Of a stretch of DNA of 32,000 nt, positions 8,369 through 17,810 are shown piece by piece (positions within the stretch are counted from its first letter, which is position 1; each line of letters begins with the position of its first letter). The notes beneath the pieces are model-generated. The model did no database searches and had not been told where the DNA came from. It saw only the letters and a program-made list of their open reading frames with translations. This DNA is from Allobaculum fili. GTDB taxonomy: Bacteria > Bacillota_I > Bacilli_A > Erysipelotrichales > Erysipelotrichaceae. Location of the stretch: contig NZ_JAHDSX010000012.1 of assembly GCF_020969955.1 (NCBI RefSeq), positions 1-32,000 on the forward strand, written 5' to 3'. The translations under genes and the position numbers were made by a program.

Positions 8369-9484
8369 TCAGTCGCTGATCCAGGAGCTGACCGGGAAAG
8401 TCAGCCGCACATCCAGACCGCAGGGCCCCGGCAAAGGCGGTGCTGGTGAGCAAGCCGGTGCATTCGGATCCTGCCGACGGACAGTGCTGTCCACCCCTTC
8501 ATCCAGATCTTCTTCCCCTTCGACATCGCTGTCGTCTTCGGGTGCATCGAGATAGACCAGCGGACAGCTGCGGTTTTCGAGTTCAATGGAAATGGAGAGC
8601 TGATCGCAGACTCCTTTGACCAGAAACAGGCCCAGACCGCTCGAAGCGGACATGTGCGTTCGGCCGTTTTCGCCGGTAAAGCCTTTTTCAAAAACGCGGG
8701 GCAGATCCGATTCTGGAATGCCCGGTCCTTCATCCCGGAGGATGCACGTTGCCCCCTCGGAAACGATCTGAATGACGGAAAAGTCCGGGGCGTATTTCAG
8801 GGCGTTGGACAGAAGCTGCTCAAAAATAAAGGTCGCCCACTTCTGATCGGTACACACTTTTTCGCCGCGCAGATCGGTTTCCAGACGGATGTGCCGCCGA
8901 ATGAACATTACGGCGTTTTCCCGCAGAACGGGACGGATGATGGATTCGAGAGAATACCAGCCGATCTGAAAATCGCTGCCTTCCATGCGTACGTACGCCA
9001 TGGCCAGCGAAATACAGGAATCGATGCGCTGGCATTCGTGGTCGAGCGCGTCCGCATGCAGCTCGGGCAGTTCGAGCTGCAGATGCAGAGCGGAAAGCGG
9101 CAGCTTGATCTGATGCGCCCACAAAGAAAAGTAGTCCTGCATTTCGGTACGCATCTTCTTTTCCTGCGTCGACTGCTTCTGCATTTTTTCTTTCTGGTCC
9201 GCCATCTTTTTCACGCAGGCGTCCACTTCGACTGGATAGAGCGAAGGGTCAAAATCTTCGGCCTGAAGCAGATGCCGGATGCGGTGCAGACGGCCTAAAT
9301 AAAACCCGCACCAGATGATCAGAGCGATCGCACTGAGCATGAGATACAGAATGGCGGGTTCAACCGGCAGCTGATACAGCCACAGTAAAGCGGCCATTAA
9401 AAGGCCGCTGACCAGCCACGCGGCAAAGAGCAGACGGTTTTCGCGCAGCATGATTTTTAAGTAGTCCCAGTACTTGTGTTCCAT
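8369..9484 (-). CDS. Sensor histidine kinase, BceS-like intramembrane-sensing type
   Basis: Two N-terminal TM helices with almost no external loop. H-box WAHQIKLPLSAL, N-box LLSNALKYAP, G1 RDEGPGIP, G2 SGLGLFLV. Carries an unusual insertion before the last strand (see findings). Confidence 0.9.
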   Translation of the reverse strand: MEHKYWDYLKIMLRENRLLFAAWLVSGLLMAALLWLYQLPVEPAILYLMLSAIALIIWCGFYLGRLHRIRHLLQAEDFDPSLYPVEVDACVKKMADQKEKMQKQSTQEKKMRTEMQDYFSLWAHQIKLPLSALHLQLELPELHADALDHECQRIDSCISLAMAYVRMEGSDFQIGWYSLESIIRPVLRENAVMFIRRHIRLETDLRGEKVCTDQKWATFIFEQLLSNALKYAPDFSVIQIVSEGATCILRDEGPGIPESDLPRVFEKGFTGENGRTHMSASSGLGLFLVKGVCDQLSISIELENRSCPLVYLDAPEDDSDVEGEEDLDEGVDSTVRRQDPNAPACSPAPPLPGPCGLDVRLTFPVSSWISD

Positions 9485-9527
9485 AAATGCGCCTTTCTTC
9501 CTTTCTGCTCCATTTCCGTTTTGGCTT

Positions 9528-10118
9528 TTACTTTACGGCTTCCAGAACCCAGAAGCCTTTTTCGCGCAGCGGGCGTTCGACTTCAAAGCCGAGCGACTCC
9601 AGATAGTCCACAGCGCTCTGGGCGCCATGCTGCTTGCGGATGACAATATACAGCGTGCCGCCTTCCTTTAAGTGGTCATACGCCTGCGCAAACAGGGAAT
9701 AGATGACGGTTTTGCCCGTACGAATCGGCGGATTGAGCACGATCGAGTCATACAGCGCGTCGTTGATGTGATCGGCTTCCATGATTGTTCCGTCAACGTG
9801 ATTGGCTGCATAGTTTTCTCTGGCCAGATGGCAGGCCTGCGCGTTCGGATCGATCCCGGTAATTTTGCACGGGTGAAAGCGGGAAAGAATCACGCCGATC
9901 ACGCCGATGCCGCAGCCCAGATCGAGGACGTTTTCCCCCAGATCAGCCGCACGGTGCTCAACAATGTACTCGCAGAGAATGCGCGTTCCGGTATCGAGCC
10001 TGTCCTTGGAAAAGACGCCGTCGGAAGAGAGAACGCGAAAGGACTGTCCATTCAGCTCAAAGGTAAACGGTGTTTCGGTGCGATCCAGATTCGGATCGTT
10101 TTCATAATAGTGAGACAT
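9528..10118 (-). CDS. Class I SAM-dependent methyltransferase, MTS/RsmC-YbxB-like
   Basis: 196 aa. SAM motif I VLDLGCGIGVIG and motif IV LNPPIRTG (NPPxxxG type). Only 43 nt upstream of the kinase gene. Confidence 0.8.
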   Translation of the reverse strand: MSHYYENDPNLDRTETPFTFELNGQSFRVLSSDGVFSKDRLDTGTRILCEYIVEHRAADLGENVLDLGCGIGVIGVILSRFHPCKITGIDPNAQACHLARENYAANHVDGTIMEADHINDALYDSIVLNPPIRTGKTVIYSLFAQAYDHLKEGGTLYIVIRKQHGAQSAVDYLESLGFEVERPLREKGFWVLEAVK

Positions 10119-10345
10119 AAAAATCTCCTTTCCATACGCCCTGTTCCTGGAAGAAGAGGGCTGAATTCAGCCGACTGAGAAGAAGATCGGACTTTGTTTT
10201 CAGTTTGGCGTCTTTTCGGGTAATTCTCAAAAATATCTGCCTGAGCAATACGGACTTTCCGCACGCCATGAGAAATGGAGAGGATCTTTTCGCATCCCGT
10301 ACGTCCAGTATGACCAGAGAAACGAAAGAAAAGCGCCATTCTCTT

Positions 10346-10382
10346 AAAAAAGAAAGGATAGCCCGCAAAGCGCGGACTATCC
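10346..10382 (-). terminator. glgB terminator
   Basis: Minus strand reads ggatagtccgc-gcttt-gcgggctatcc (one mismatch), followed by tttctttttt. It starts 25 nt after the glgB stop. Confidence 0.8.
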
Positions 10383-10407
10383 TTGAAATTTCTTAACGAC
10401 AGATGAA

Positions 10408-12276
10408 CTAGTCCTGCGGACGGGTTACCTTGAAAATCTGGGCGCCCAGAGCCGGAAGCTGGACGTTGATGCGCCAGGGCTGGCCTTCGAGCGGGAGATG
10501 GAACGCGCGCAGAACCTGCGGCTGTTCGTTTTCAATGCGTCCGCCAAAGCGGGACCACTGCGTATTGATGACTTCCTGATACATGCCCTGGAACGGAACG
10601 CCGAACTGGAGCGTGTACGGGTTGGTGGAGAAGTTGATGATGAAGACGAAGACATCCTTCGAACCCTTGCGCATGAAGGAGAAGGTGTTGTGATCGGAAT
10701 CATCGGCGTTGATCCACTGGAAGTTGGTCGGATCGTAGCCGTAGAAGAAGGCGTCGTTTTCGGTGCATACGCCGGTCATTTCCGCGAAGAAGCGTTCGAA
10801 CGAAGAATGCATCGGGTACTTGCGCAGGAACCAGTCGCAACCTTTCTGCTCATCCCATTCGCGCAGCATGCCGAGCTCGTTGCCCATGAAGTTCAGCTTC
10901 TTGCCAGGATGTCCGAACATGTACGTGTACAGCGCGCGGGCCTGTGCGAACTTGTCTTCGTAGCTGCCCCACATCTTGTCGACGATGGTCGCTTTTCCGT
11001 GAACGACTTCATCGTGGCTGAGCGGCAGAATGAAGTGTTCGGAATAGAAGTATGCCATCGAGAAGGTGATGTCGTTGTGGTGCCATTTGCGGTAGATCGG
11101 GTCGAGCTTGAGATACTTGAGGGTATCGTTCATCCAGCCCAGGTCCCACTTGTAGTCAAAGCCAAGACCGCCGTCGAGAGTGGACTTACAGACGTTGGGG
11201 AAGTCGGTGGAGTCTTCCGCAATCAGCATGATCTTGCCCTGGTATTCGGAGTTCAGCATGTAGTTCATGCGCTTGATGAAGTCGGTCGCGCCTTTGTTTT
11301 CCCCCATCATCTTGTTGCCTTTCCAGAAAATGGCATTGGAGATGGCGTCCATGCGCAGACCGTCAAAATGGTATTCCTTCAGCCAGTAGTTGGCTGCGGA
11401 CATGAGGAAGGAACGTACGGTTTCTTTCCAGAGGTCGAAGTTGGCGGTGCCCCATTCGGAGTTGGCGTCTTCGGGCTTGGAGTATTCATACAGCGGCGTG
11501 CCGTCAAAGCTGGCAAGCGCGTAGGCGTCTTTTACAAAGTGAACCGGTACGAAGTCCATGATGACGCCGATGCCGGCTTCGTGCAGACGGTTGACGAACT
11601 CTTTCAGTTCGATCGGGGTGCCGTAGCGGCTCGTTACCGCAAAGAACGCGGAAACCTGATAGCCCCAGGAACCGTCAAAGGGGAATTCGGAAAGCGGCAT
11701 GACTTCCACATGAGAGAAATGGTACTTCTTGCAGTGCAGAATCAGCTCATCGACGATGTCGCCGTAATGAACGAAGAGCCCTTCTTCGTTCTGGCCCGGA
11801 TCGTTTTCGAGTTCTTCGACACGAATGTTCTTGTCGCGCCAGCTGCCGACGTTCATTTCATAAATGGAGACGGGAGAATTAAACCCTTTGTTCCGGTTTT
11901 TCATCCATTCCTGGTCCGTCCAGCCGTCAAAGGCAAGGTCGGTGATAATCGAATCATGATCGGGACGCAGCTTGGCCTGGAAGGCAAACGGATCGATCTT
12001 GTTATTGATCTGACCGTTCTTGGACGTGATCTGATAGAGATAGGCTTCTCCCGGCTTCGCGTTTTTTACGGTAGCCATCCAGACGCCGTTCTCATCCTTT
12101 TTCATTACATCTTCTGTTTCGTCCCAGCTGTTGAAGTCGCCGATGACCGAAACGGCTTTGGCATTGGGGGCATATACGCGAAAAGCGATCCCGTCGTCCG
12201 CGGCATGCGCACCGAAATATTCGTAGGCGTTCAGTTCCCGCCCCTGAAAAAAAGCGGTGAGATCCATGGTTTTCAT
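10408..12276 (-). CDS. glgB: 1,4-alpha-glucan branching enzyme
   Basis: 622 aa. N-terminal CBM48-like FRVYAPNAKAVSVIGDFNSWDE. GH13 catalytic regions DFVPVHF, GLRMDAI, IAEDST and LPLSHDEVVHGK. Confidence 0.95.
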   Translation of the reverse strand: MKTMDLTAFFQGRELNAYEYFGAHAADDGIAFRVYAPNAKAVSVIGDFNSWDETEDVMKKDENGVWMATVKNAKPGEAYLYQITSKNGQINNKIDPFAFQAKLRPDHDSIITDLAFDGWTDQEWMKNRNKGFNSPVSIYEMNVGSWRDKNIRVEELENDPGQNEEGLFVHYGDIVDELILHCKKYHFSHVEVMPLSEFPFDGSWGYQVSAFFAVTSRYGTPIELKEFVNRLHEAGIGVIMDFVPVHFVKDAYALASFDGTPLYEYSKPEDANSEWGTANFDLWKETVRSFLMSAANYWLKEYHFDGLRMDAISNAIFWKGNKMMGENKGATDFIKRMNYMLNSEYQGKIMLIAEDSTDFPNVCKSTLDGGLGFDYKWDLGWMNDTLKYLKLDPIYRKWHHNDITFSMAYFYSEHFILPLSHDEVVHGKATIVDKMWGSYEDKFAQARALYTYMFGHPGKKLNFMGNELGMLREWDEQKGCDWFLRKYPMHSSFERFFAEMTGVCTENDAFFYGYDPTNFQWINADDSDHNTFSFMRKGSKDVFVFIINFSTNPYTLQFGVPFQGMYQEVINTQWSRFGGRIENEQPQVLRAFHLPLEGQPWRINVQLPALGAQIFKVTRPQD

Positions 12277-12363
12277 AAATGTCCTTTCTCAATCGGCTAT
12301 CGGACAGCCAAGGGCAGGCTGCCCGACCGATTTTGTATCTTTTCCTGATCATATTAATGAACG

Positions 12364-12397
12364 AAAAAGCCAAAATTCGGGAATTTGGCTTTTTATT
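12364..12397 (-). terminator. dusB terminator (A-run / T-run flanked, bidirectional in form)
   Basis: agccaaaattc (12368-12378) pairs with gaatttggct (12381-12390), flanked by aaaaa and ttttt. Located 150 nt after the dusB stop. Confidence 0.6.
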
Positions 12398-12547
12398 AAG
12401 CGTTCTCTTTTTTGAATATTCTCTTGTTTATTGTAGCGGAAAATGAAGGAATGTGAAAAGAGACAACAAAAGGGATCTGCCGGTCTCAATGCGCCATAAA
12501 ACATTTTTTAAGGGCTTTCAGACGGTTCGGGCCAGAGAGGTCAGGGG

Positions 12548-13660
12548 TTATCGGGCGTTCGAATTGACAGGATCTTTCTTCAGAGCATCCGCACTGGATT
12601 CCTGGCTGGAAAAACCGTTTTCTGCAGGGGATTCCAGAGACGGTCCCGGCATATTGTGGAGGCGCAAATCGGGATGATCGCTGGCGGCATCTTCGCGCAG
12701 AACCTGCTCGTATTCCGTAAGAATTTCATCGAGTTGGGCATACGTCGTGATTTTGGAAAGGCGATCCTTGTAGGCGTGGCTGCGCGGCAGTCCCTTGAGA
12801 TACCAGCTGGCCAGACCGCGCATCTGCGACAGCGCCACCCTCTCGGGCAGATCTTCGCAAAGGTAGTGGGCATGACGCCGGCAGGCATCCATGCGCATGG
12901 ACAGCGTGAACGGATGGGATGTCCCGTTAAAGTAGTCGGCGCATTCCTGAATCAGATACGGATTGCCGACCACGCCGCGGCCGATCATGACGCCGTCGCA
13001 TCCGGTTTCTTCCATCATGCGGACGGCATCATCCACGCTCAGTACGTCACCGTTGCCGATGACCGGAATGGACACCGCGTCCTTGACCTTCTTAATCCAG
13101 GACCAGTCGGCTTTTCCTTCGTACATCTGGGCGCGTGTCCGGGCGTGCAGCGTAATTGCGCTGGCCCCGGCGGCTTCCATGGCTTTCGCCATTTCGACGC
13201 AGTTGATCGAGGACGAGTCAAAACCCAGACGCATTTTGACGGTGACCGGCTTCTGGACCGCATCCACGATAGCGCGCACGATCTGGCTGGCGTAATCGAT
13301 GTCCTTCATTAGATAGCTGCCGGCTTTTGCCTTGATGACTTTGTTGACCGGGCACCCCATGTTGAAATCGATGATGTCGCAGTCGGTTTCCTGATCGAGA
13401 ATTTTTGCCGCGTGAACGATCGTGTCGATATCGTGGCCGAAAATCTGAAAGGAAACCGGATGATCATCCGCTTCGCACGCCAACATGCGGCGGGTTCTGG
13501 CGGAATCGTAGTACAGAGCCTTGTCGGAAACCATTTCGTTGCAGACAAGCCCGGCTCCGAATTCACGCGCAATGCGCCGGAAGGCCCGCGTCGAAACGCC
13601 GGCCATCGGGGCGATGACGATTGGAGAGGGCAGCTCAATTTCCCGAATCTTCAGCGACAT
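12548..13660 (-). CDS. dusB: tRNA-dihydrouridine synthase
   Basis: Motifs [16 protein letters not shown] and ITLHARTR. I take the start at the ATG at 13660 ([10 protein letters not shown]), because the longer ORF to 13777 lies inside hslO. It has a ~45-aa low-complexity C-terminal tail. Confidence 0.9.
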   Translation of the reverse strand: MSLKIREIELPSPIVIAPMAGVSTRAFRRIAREFGAGLVCNEMVSDKALYYDSARTRRMLACEADDHPVSFQIFGHDIDTIVHAAKILDQETDCDIIDFNMGCPVNKVIKAKAGSYLMKDIDYASQIVRAIVDAVQKPVTVKMRLGFDSSSINCVEMAKAMEAAGASAITLHARTRAQMYEGKADWSWIKKVKDAVSIPVIGNGDVLSVDDAVRMMEETGCDGVMIGRGVVGNPYLIQECADYFNGTSHPFTLSMRMDACRRHAHYLCEDLPERVALSQMRGLASWYLKGLPRSHAYKDRLSKITTYAQLDEILTEYEQVLREDAASDHPDLRLHNMPGPSLESPAENGFSSQESSADALKKDPVNSNAR

Positions 13661-14567
13661 GGGACTCCAGTTCTTCGGTTTCTTCGAGATGCTTCTCGGT
13701 ATCGTTGAGAATTTCACGCAGTTCGTGTTCGTTGAAGTGATACGTGCTGCTGCAGAAATTGCAGGTGACTTCGGCACCGTGGTCTTCTTCGATCATGGCT
13801 TTGATCTGATCGGGCGCTACAGTATGCAGCAGACCGGCGGTCTTTTCCTTCGAGCAGGTGCACTTGAAGGAAATCGGGATCGTTTCGAGCACTTCGGTAT
13901 CGTCAAACAGGTCTTCGGCCAGAAGCGCCAGAGAGGCGTCATCGTAATCCTGAATGATGGCCGTCATCGGTTTAAGGCCGCTTAAAACGTGCTCGCAAAT
14001 GCGGATATTGGTATCGTCCGCATCCGGCATCATCTGCAAAACGAGCGCGCCGGCAGCGAGCACTTTGCCTTCTTCGTTCATGCGAACGCCGACGCTGACC
14101 GCAGTCGGGGTCTGTTCACTCAGAGTGAAGTAGTAGGCGAAGTCCTGACCGATTTCTCCGTTCTGGAGTTCTACGGTGCCGGACCAGTTTTCCGACATCG
14201 AAAGGTCCTTGGTTACGGTCAGCGTACCTGGCAGACCGATCAGGCTGCCGGCGGTTACGTTGGGATCGCCGTCCAGGCCGGCTTCCGGGTTGTCGACAAA
14301 GCCGCGGACGGTACCGTCGGCCTGCGCATCAACGACGATGCTGCCCAGTTCGCCCTGGCCCTGGATGTTGATCGTTAACATTTCTTTTTCGCTTTTCAGC
14401 ATGCTTCCCATGATGGAAGCGACAGAGAGCACACGACCAAGAACATCTGCGCTTGGCGTGCTCATGCGGAAGCGGTCCATCGCTTCCTGAACCAGATCGG
14501 TCGTCCGGTTAATATACAGGCGGACATGGCCGTCGAGAGCCATGGCTTTGACAAGAGAATCTTTCAT
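13635..14567 (-). CDS. hslO: Hsp33-family redox-regulated chaperone
   Basis: 310 aa. Zinc centre CTCSKEK ... [10 protein letters not shown] (CxC / CxxC). Confidence 0.9.
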   Translation of the reverse strand: MKDSLVKAMALDGHVRLYINRTTDLVQEAMDRFRMSTPSADVLGRVLSVASIMGSMLKSEKEMLTINIQGQGELGSIVVDAQADGTVRGFVDNPEAGLDGDPNVTAGSLIGLPGTLTVTKDLSMSENWSGTVELQNGEIGQDFAYYFTLSEQTPTAVSVGVRMNEEGKVLAAGALVLQMMPDADDTNIRICEHVLSGLKPMTAIIQDYDDASLALLAEDLFDDTEVLETIPISFKCTCSKEKTAGLLHTVAPDQIKAMIEEDHGAEVTCNFCSSTYHFNEHELREILNDTEKHLEETEELESHVAEDSGN

Positions 14568-14798
14568 GTCTGTACCTCTTTTCTATGCATTTTGTATCCG
14601 ATTTTAAAACTTCGACTAAACGCGCCGGGCACGACGCGTTTTCGATTTCATGAAGCCTGTACGCATAAAATCGTATGTAAACCATACGGATTCAGACAGG
14701 CTTTTATATTTCTTTATTATAGTCAGTTTCTGCTAACACTCCGTTTGGAAAGCCTGATCGAGCCGCTAGGCGATACAGGGCATTTTTCAAACTGCAGG

Positions 14799-14837
14799 AA
14801 AGAAAAAGCACTCGCTTTCTCAGTCGAAAGGGAGTGC
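14799..14837 (-). terminator. ftsH terminator
   Basis: Minus strand has gcactc (14836-14831) pairing with gagtgc (14813-14808), followed by tttttcttt. Located ~40 nt after the ftsH stop. Confidence 0.6.
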
Positions 14838-14874
14838 GATTTTTATAAAGAATGGAAAGCCCGAAGCTGCGGAA

Positions 14875-16905
14875 CTAGTGCTTTTTGGTCAGCTCGTTGA
14901 GCGCTTCGTCCATGTCTTCCTGCGAAAGACCGCGATGCGCTTCCGGTTCGGAAGACGTCTGACCGCCGTCTTCTTTTGGAAGAGCGGGCAGCGCAGCATC
15001 AGAAGACGAATCGGAATGGCTTTCGTTCGCATCCGAAGAAGCCGCCGGTGCTGTTTCGGCCGGTGCCGGCTTTTCCGGCGCGTTTGGATCGGTAAGCGTT
15101 CCGTAGTTCATCAGGTTGTTGATTTCTTCGCTGGTGAGCGTTTCGTGATCGTACAGGTTGTGAGCGATCAGATCGAGCAGTTCCCGGTTTTCTGTCAGGA
15201 TCGCCTTGCACTTTTCATGGCACGAATCGACAATCGAACGGACTTCGCGGTCGATTTCGGTCGCAACACCGGCGGAGTAGTCGGAGCCTTTCGTGTAGTC
15301 GCGGCCCAGAAAGACGTTGCCTTCCGGATCGGCGTACTGAATCGGGCCGAGCGAGGACATGCCGTAAACGCGGACCATGTTTTTCGCGATGGACGTCAGA
15401 CGTTCGATATCGTTGACCGCTCCGGCGGAAATTTCGCCAAAGACGATTTCTTCCGCCGTACGGCCGCCAAGCAGACCGGTAATTGTCGCTAACATTTCCG
15501 ATTTGCGGTGGAAGTATTTTTCCTCACGCGGCGTCATCAGGTTGTAGCCGCCGGCTTCACCGCGCGGAATGATGGTGACTTTCTGCACGATGTCGGCATC
15601 TTCGAGCTTCAGACCGATAACCGCGTGACCGGCTTCATGATAGGAAACCAGCCATTTGTCTTTTTCGGTGTATTTCTTCGATTTTTTCGCCGGGCCCATC
15701 ATGACGCGGTCAATCGCCTCGTCCAGATCGGTCTGGGTAATTTTCGCTTCGTGGTTGCGCACCGCGAGGATGGCACTTTCGTTAAGCACGTTGGCCAGAT
15801 CCGCACCGGAGAAGCCCGGGGTACGCTGAGCGAGATTTTTCAGGGAAACGCCAGGTTCGAGTTTCTTGTCCCGGGCGTGTACTTCCAGAATGGCTTCACG
15901 GCCGCGCACATCCGGCAGAGAGACCGTGATGTTGCGGTCGAAACGTCCCGAACGGCGCAGGGCCGGGTCGAGAACGTCCGGACGGTTGGTCGCCGCGATG
16001 ACGACGATGCCGTTGTTGTTGGACATGCCGTCCATTTCGACGAGCAGCTGGTTGAGCGTCTGTTCGCGTTCATCGTTGCCGCCGCCCATGCCGGCGCCGC
16101 GCTGGCGGCCGACCGCATCAATTTCATCGATGAACAGGATGCACGGAGCGTTTTTCTGCGCGTTCTTGAACATGTCGCGGACGCGGCTTGCACCGGTTCC
16201 GACGAACATTTCCACGAAATCCGAACCGGAAATCGAGAAGAACGGAACGTTGGCTTCGCCGGCAACGGCTTTGGCCAGGAGCGTTTTACCGGTTCCCGGA
16301 GGACCGACCATCAGGATGCCTTTTGGAATGTGGGCGCCCATGTCGGTAAACTTTTTCGGCGAGCGCAGGTAGTCGATGATTTCCTTGACTTCCTCTTTTT
16401 CCTCATCGCAGCCGGCGACATCCTTGAAGCGGACTTTGACGTCGTTTTCAATGCGGGCGCGGGATTTGGAAAATTCAAACGCCTTGTTGGCGCTCCCTCC
16501 ACCGCTCATTTTCGAAAGCATGAAGTAAAACAGGACGCCGATCAGCAGCAGCGGAATGATCTGCGCAAGCAGGCTGACCCAGAGGCTGTTGGCGGAAGGA
16601 TCGCTGACGGTAATCGTACCGCCGTTTTTTTCGAGAGTGGTCGTGAGCCATTCCATGTTTTCTTCCGTGTTCGGAACGATGGTGGAAAAGGCTCGCTTGT
16701 TGGCGCCGCTGGTGTAGACGCCTTCGACTTTGATAATGGAGCTTGAGATGTTGAGGGTGGATTCGTCAAAATGCGCGGTATCCGCGATTTTCTGAAAATC
16801 CGTATAGTTCATTCGGTTGACGGATCCCCGCGTGGAGAACCCGATAATCGAAATGAGGATGATAATCACAAAAAGCGTGGGCAGATAATTCAGCCATTTT
16901 TTCAT
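14875..16905 (-). CDS. ftsH: ATP-dependent zinc metalloprotease FtsH
   Basis: Two N-terminal TMs. AAA+ Walker A GPPGTGKT, Walker B ILFIDEID, zinc site HEAGHA. 676 aa, RBS aggggag. Confidence 0.97.
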   Translation of the reverse strand: MKKWLNYLPTLFVIIILISIIGFSTRGSVNRMNYTDFQKIADTAHFDESTLNISSSIIKVEGVYTSGANKRAFSTIVPNTEENMEWLTTTLEKNGGTITVSDPSANSLWVSLLAQIIPLLLIGVLFYFMLSKMSGGGSANKAFEFSKSRARIENDVKVRFKDVAGCDEEKEEVKEIIDYLRSPKKFTDMGAHIPKGILMVGPPGTGKTLLAKAVAGEANVPFFSISGSDFVEMFVGTGASRVRDMFKNAQKNAPCILFIDEIDAVGRQRGAGMGGGNDEREQTLNQLLVEMDGMSNNNGIVVIAATNRPDVLDPALRRSGRFDRNITVSLPDVRGREAILEVHARDKKLEPGVSLKNLAQRTPGFSGADLANVLNESAILAVRNHEAKITQTDLDEAIDRVMMGPAKKSKKYTEKDKWLVSYHEAGHAVIGLKLEDADIVQKVTIIPRGEAGGYNLMTPREEKYFHRKSEMLATITGLLGGRTAEEIVFGEISAGAVNDIERLTSIAKNMVRVYGMSSLGPIQYADPEGNVFLGRDYTKGSDYSAGVATEIDREVRSIVDSCHEKCKAILTENRELLDLIAHNLYDHETLTSEEINNLMNYGTLTDPNAPEKPAPAETAPAASSDANESHSDSSSDAALPALPKEDGGQTSSEPEAHRGLSQEDMDEALNELTKKH

Positions 16906-17011
16906 GGAAGCTCCCCTTTCTTTTTTCTATTTCCTGGTTTGCGTAGTTACGTGCCGTTCGCTTTTTTCAAAGCGTCGCTTTGCCCGTTCAGACGCGCATA
17001 AGCATGCCGTC

Positions 17012-17563
17012 TTAGCGGTAGGCTTCTTCTTTCAGTACGCCGATGTAGGGCAGGTTGCGATAGCACTGGTTGAAGTCGAGTCCGTAGCCGACAACGAATT
17101 CGTTGGGCACTGTAAAACCGACATAATCCGCTTCAATATCGACAACGCGGCGGTCCGGCTTGTCGAGCAGAGACACGATGCGCACATCGTTTGCGCCCTT
17201 GTTTTCGAGCAGACGGCGCACTTCACGAATGGTGCGGCCGGTATCGACGATATCTTCCACGATCAGAACGTTTTTTCCTTTGACAGACAGGTCGGTGTCC
17301 TTGTTGATTTTGACATCGCCGATCGATTCGGATCCGGAATAGCTGGAAACGGACATGAAGTCGATTTCAATAGGGTGACGGAAATACTTGATGAGTTCCG
17401 CCATGAAAGGAACGCTGCCTTTGAGCAGACCGATCACGATCGGGACGATCCGCTTTTCCTCATAGTCGGCTTCAATCTGGCCGGCGAGTTCCTTGCAGCG
17501 AGCTTCGATTTCGTCTTCGCTGATCAGAACGCGTTCAATATCTTCACTGATCACTTTTGACAT
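17012..17563 (-). CDS. hpt: Hypoxanthine phosphoribosyltransferase
   Basis: 183 aa. PRPP-binding loop VLIVEDIVDTGRT. Canonical tilS-hpt-ftsH synteny. Confidence 0.95.
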   Translation of the reverse strand: MSKVISEDIERVLISEDEIEARCKELAGQIEADYEEKRIVPIVIGLLKGSVPFMAELIKYFRHPIEIDFMSVSSYSGSESIGDVKINKDTDLSVKGKNVLIVEDIVDTGRTIREVRRLLENKGANDVRIVSLLDKPDRRVVDIEADYVGFTVPNEFVVGYGLDFNQCYRNLPYIGVLKEEAYR

Positions 17564-17810
17564 GATGAAATGTACCTATCCTTTTCTGTTGTATATTTGA
17601 AGTTTCTTCTTGTTCTGGAAGTTTCTTCAATGCAAAAACGGCCCGTCTGATCCAGAGAGCTTCTGTTCAAAGCTCTTCTCTTTGCACCTGGTCAGGCAGG
17701 CGAAAAAGCGTAAGAGATCGGGTCAACGCAATGCGAAATCCTCGGAATCTGGATGAAACACGCGCCCGCATTTTCTTTATTTTCAGCCTGCAGGGCACAC
17801 GAAGAGGATT

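Noticed and set aside
10205-10396. 63-aa + strand ORF in the glgB/methyltransferase spacer
   Set aside because: It runs through the glgB terminator hairpin on the opposite strand, and it has no SD and a highly basic low-complexity sequence.
10498-12348. 616-aa ORF on the + strand opposite glgB
   Set aside because: It shares the exact codon phase with glgB on the other strand (10498-10408 is divisible by 3). It stays open only because glgB contains no TTA, CTA or TCA codons there. The product is Arg/Gly/Val/His-rich with no motifs, while glgB has clear GH13 motifs.
13661-13777. N-terminal extension of the dusB ORF ([16 protein letters not shown]...)
   Set aside because: It lies entirely inside the hslO coding region. 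The conserved Dus N-terminus begins at the ATG at 13660.
15508-16746. 412-aa + strand ORF opposite ftsH (similar shorter ones occur at 14878-15492 and 15866-16372)
   Set aside because: These are antisense to an unmistakable ftsH and result from codon phase or composition.
17564-17810. Possible guanine riboswitch or PurBox upstream of hpt
   Set aside because: I could not find the conserved purine-aptamer junction sequences or an AWWWCCGAACWWT box by eye. Only the gaagtttcttc repeat is reported. A covariance-model scan would settle this.
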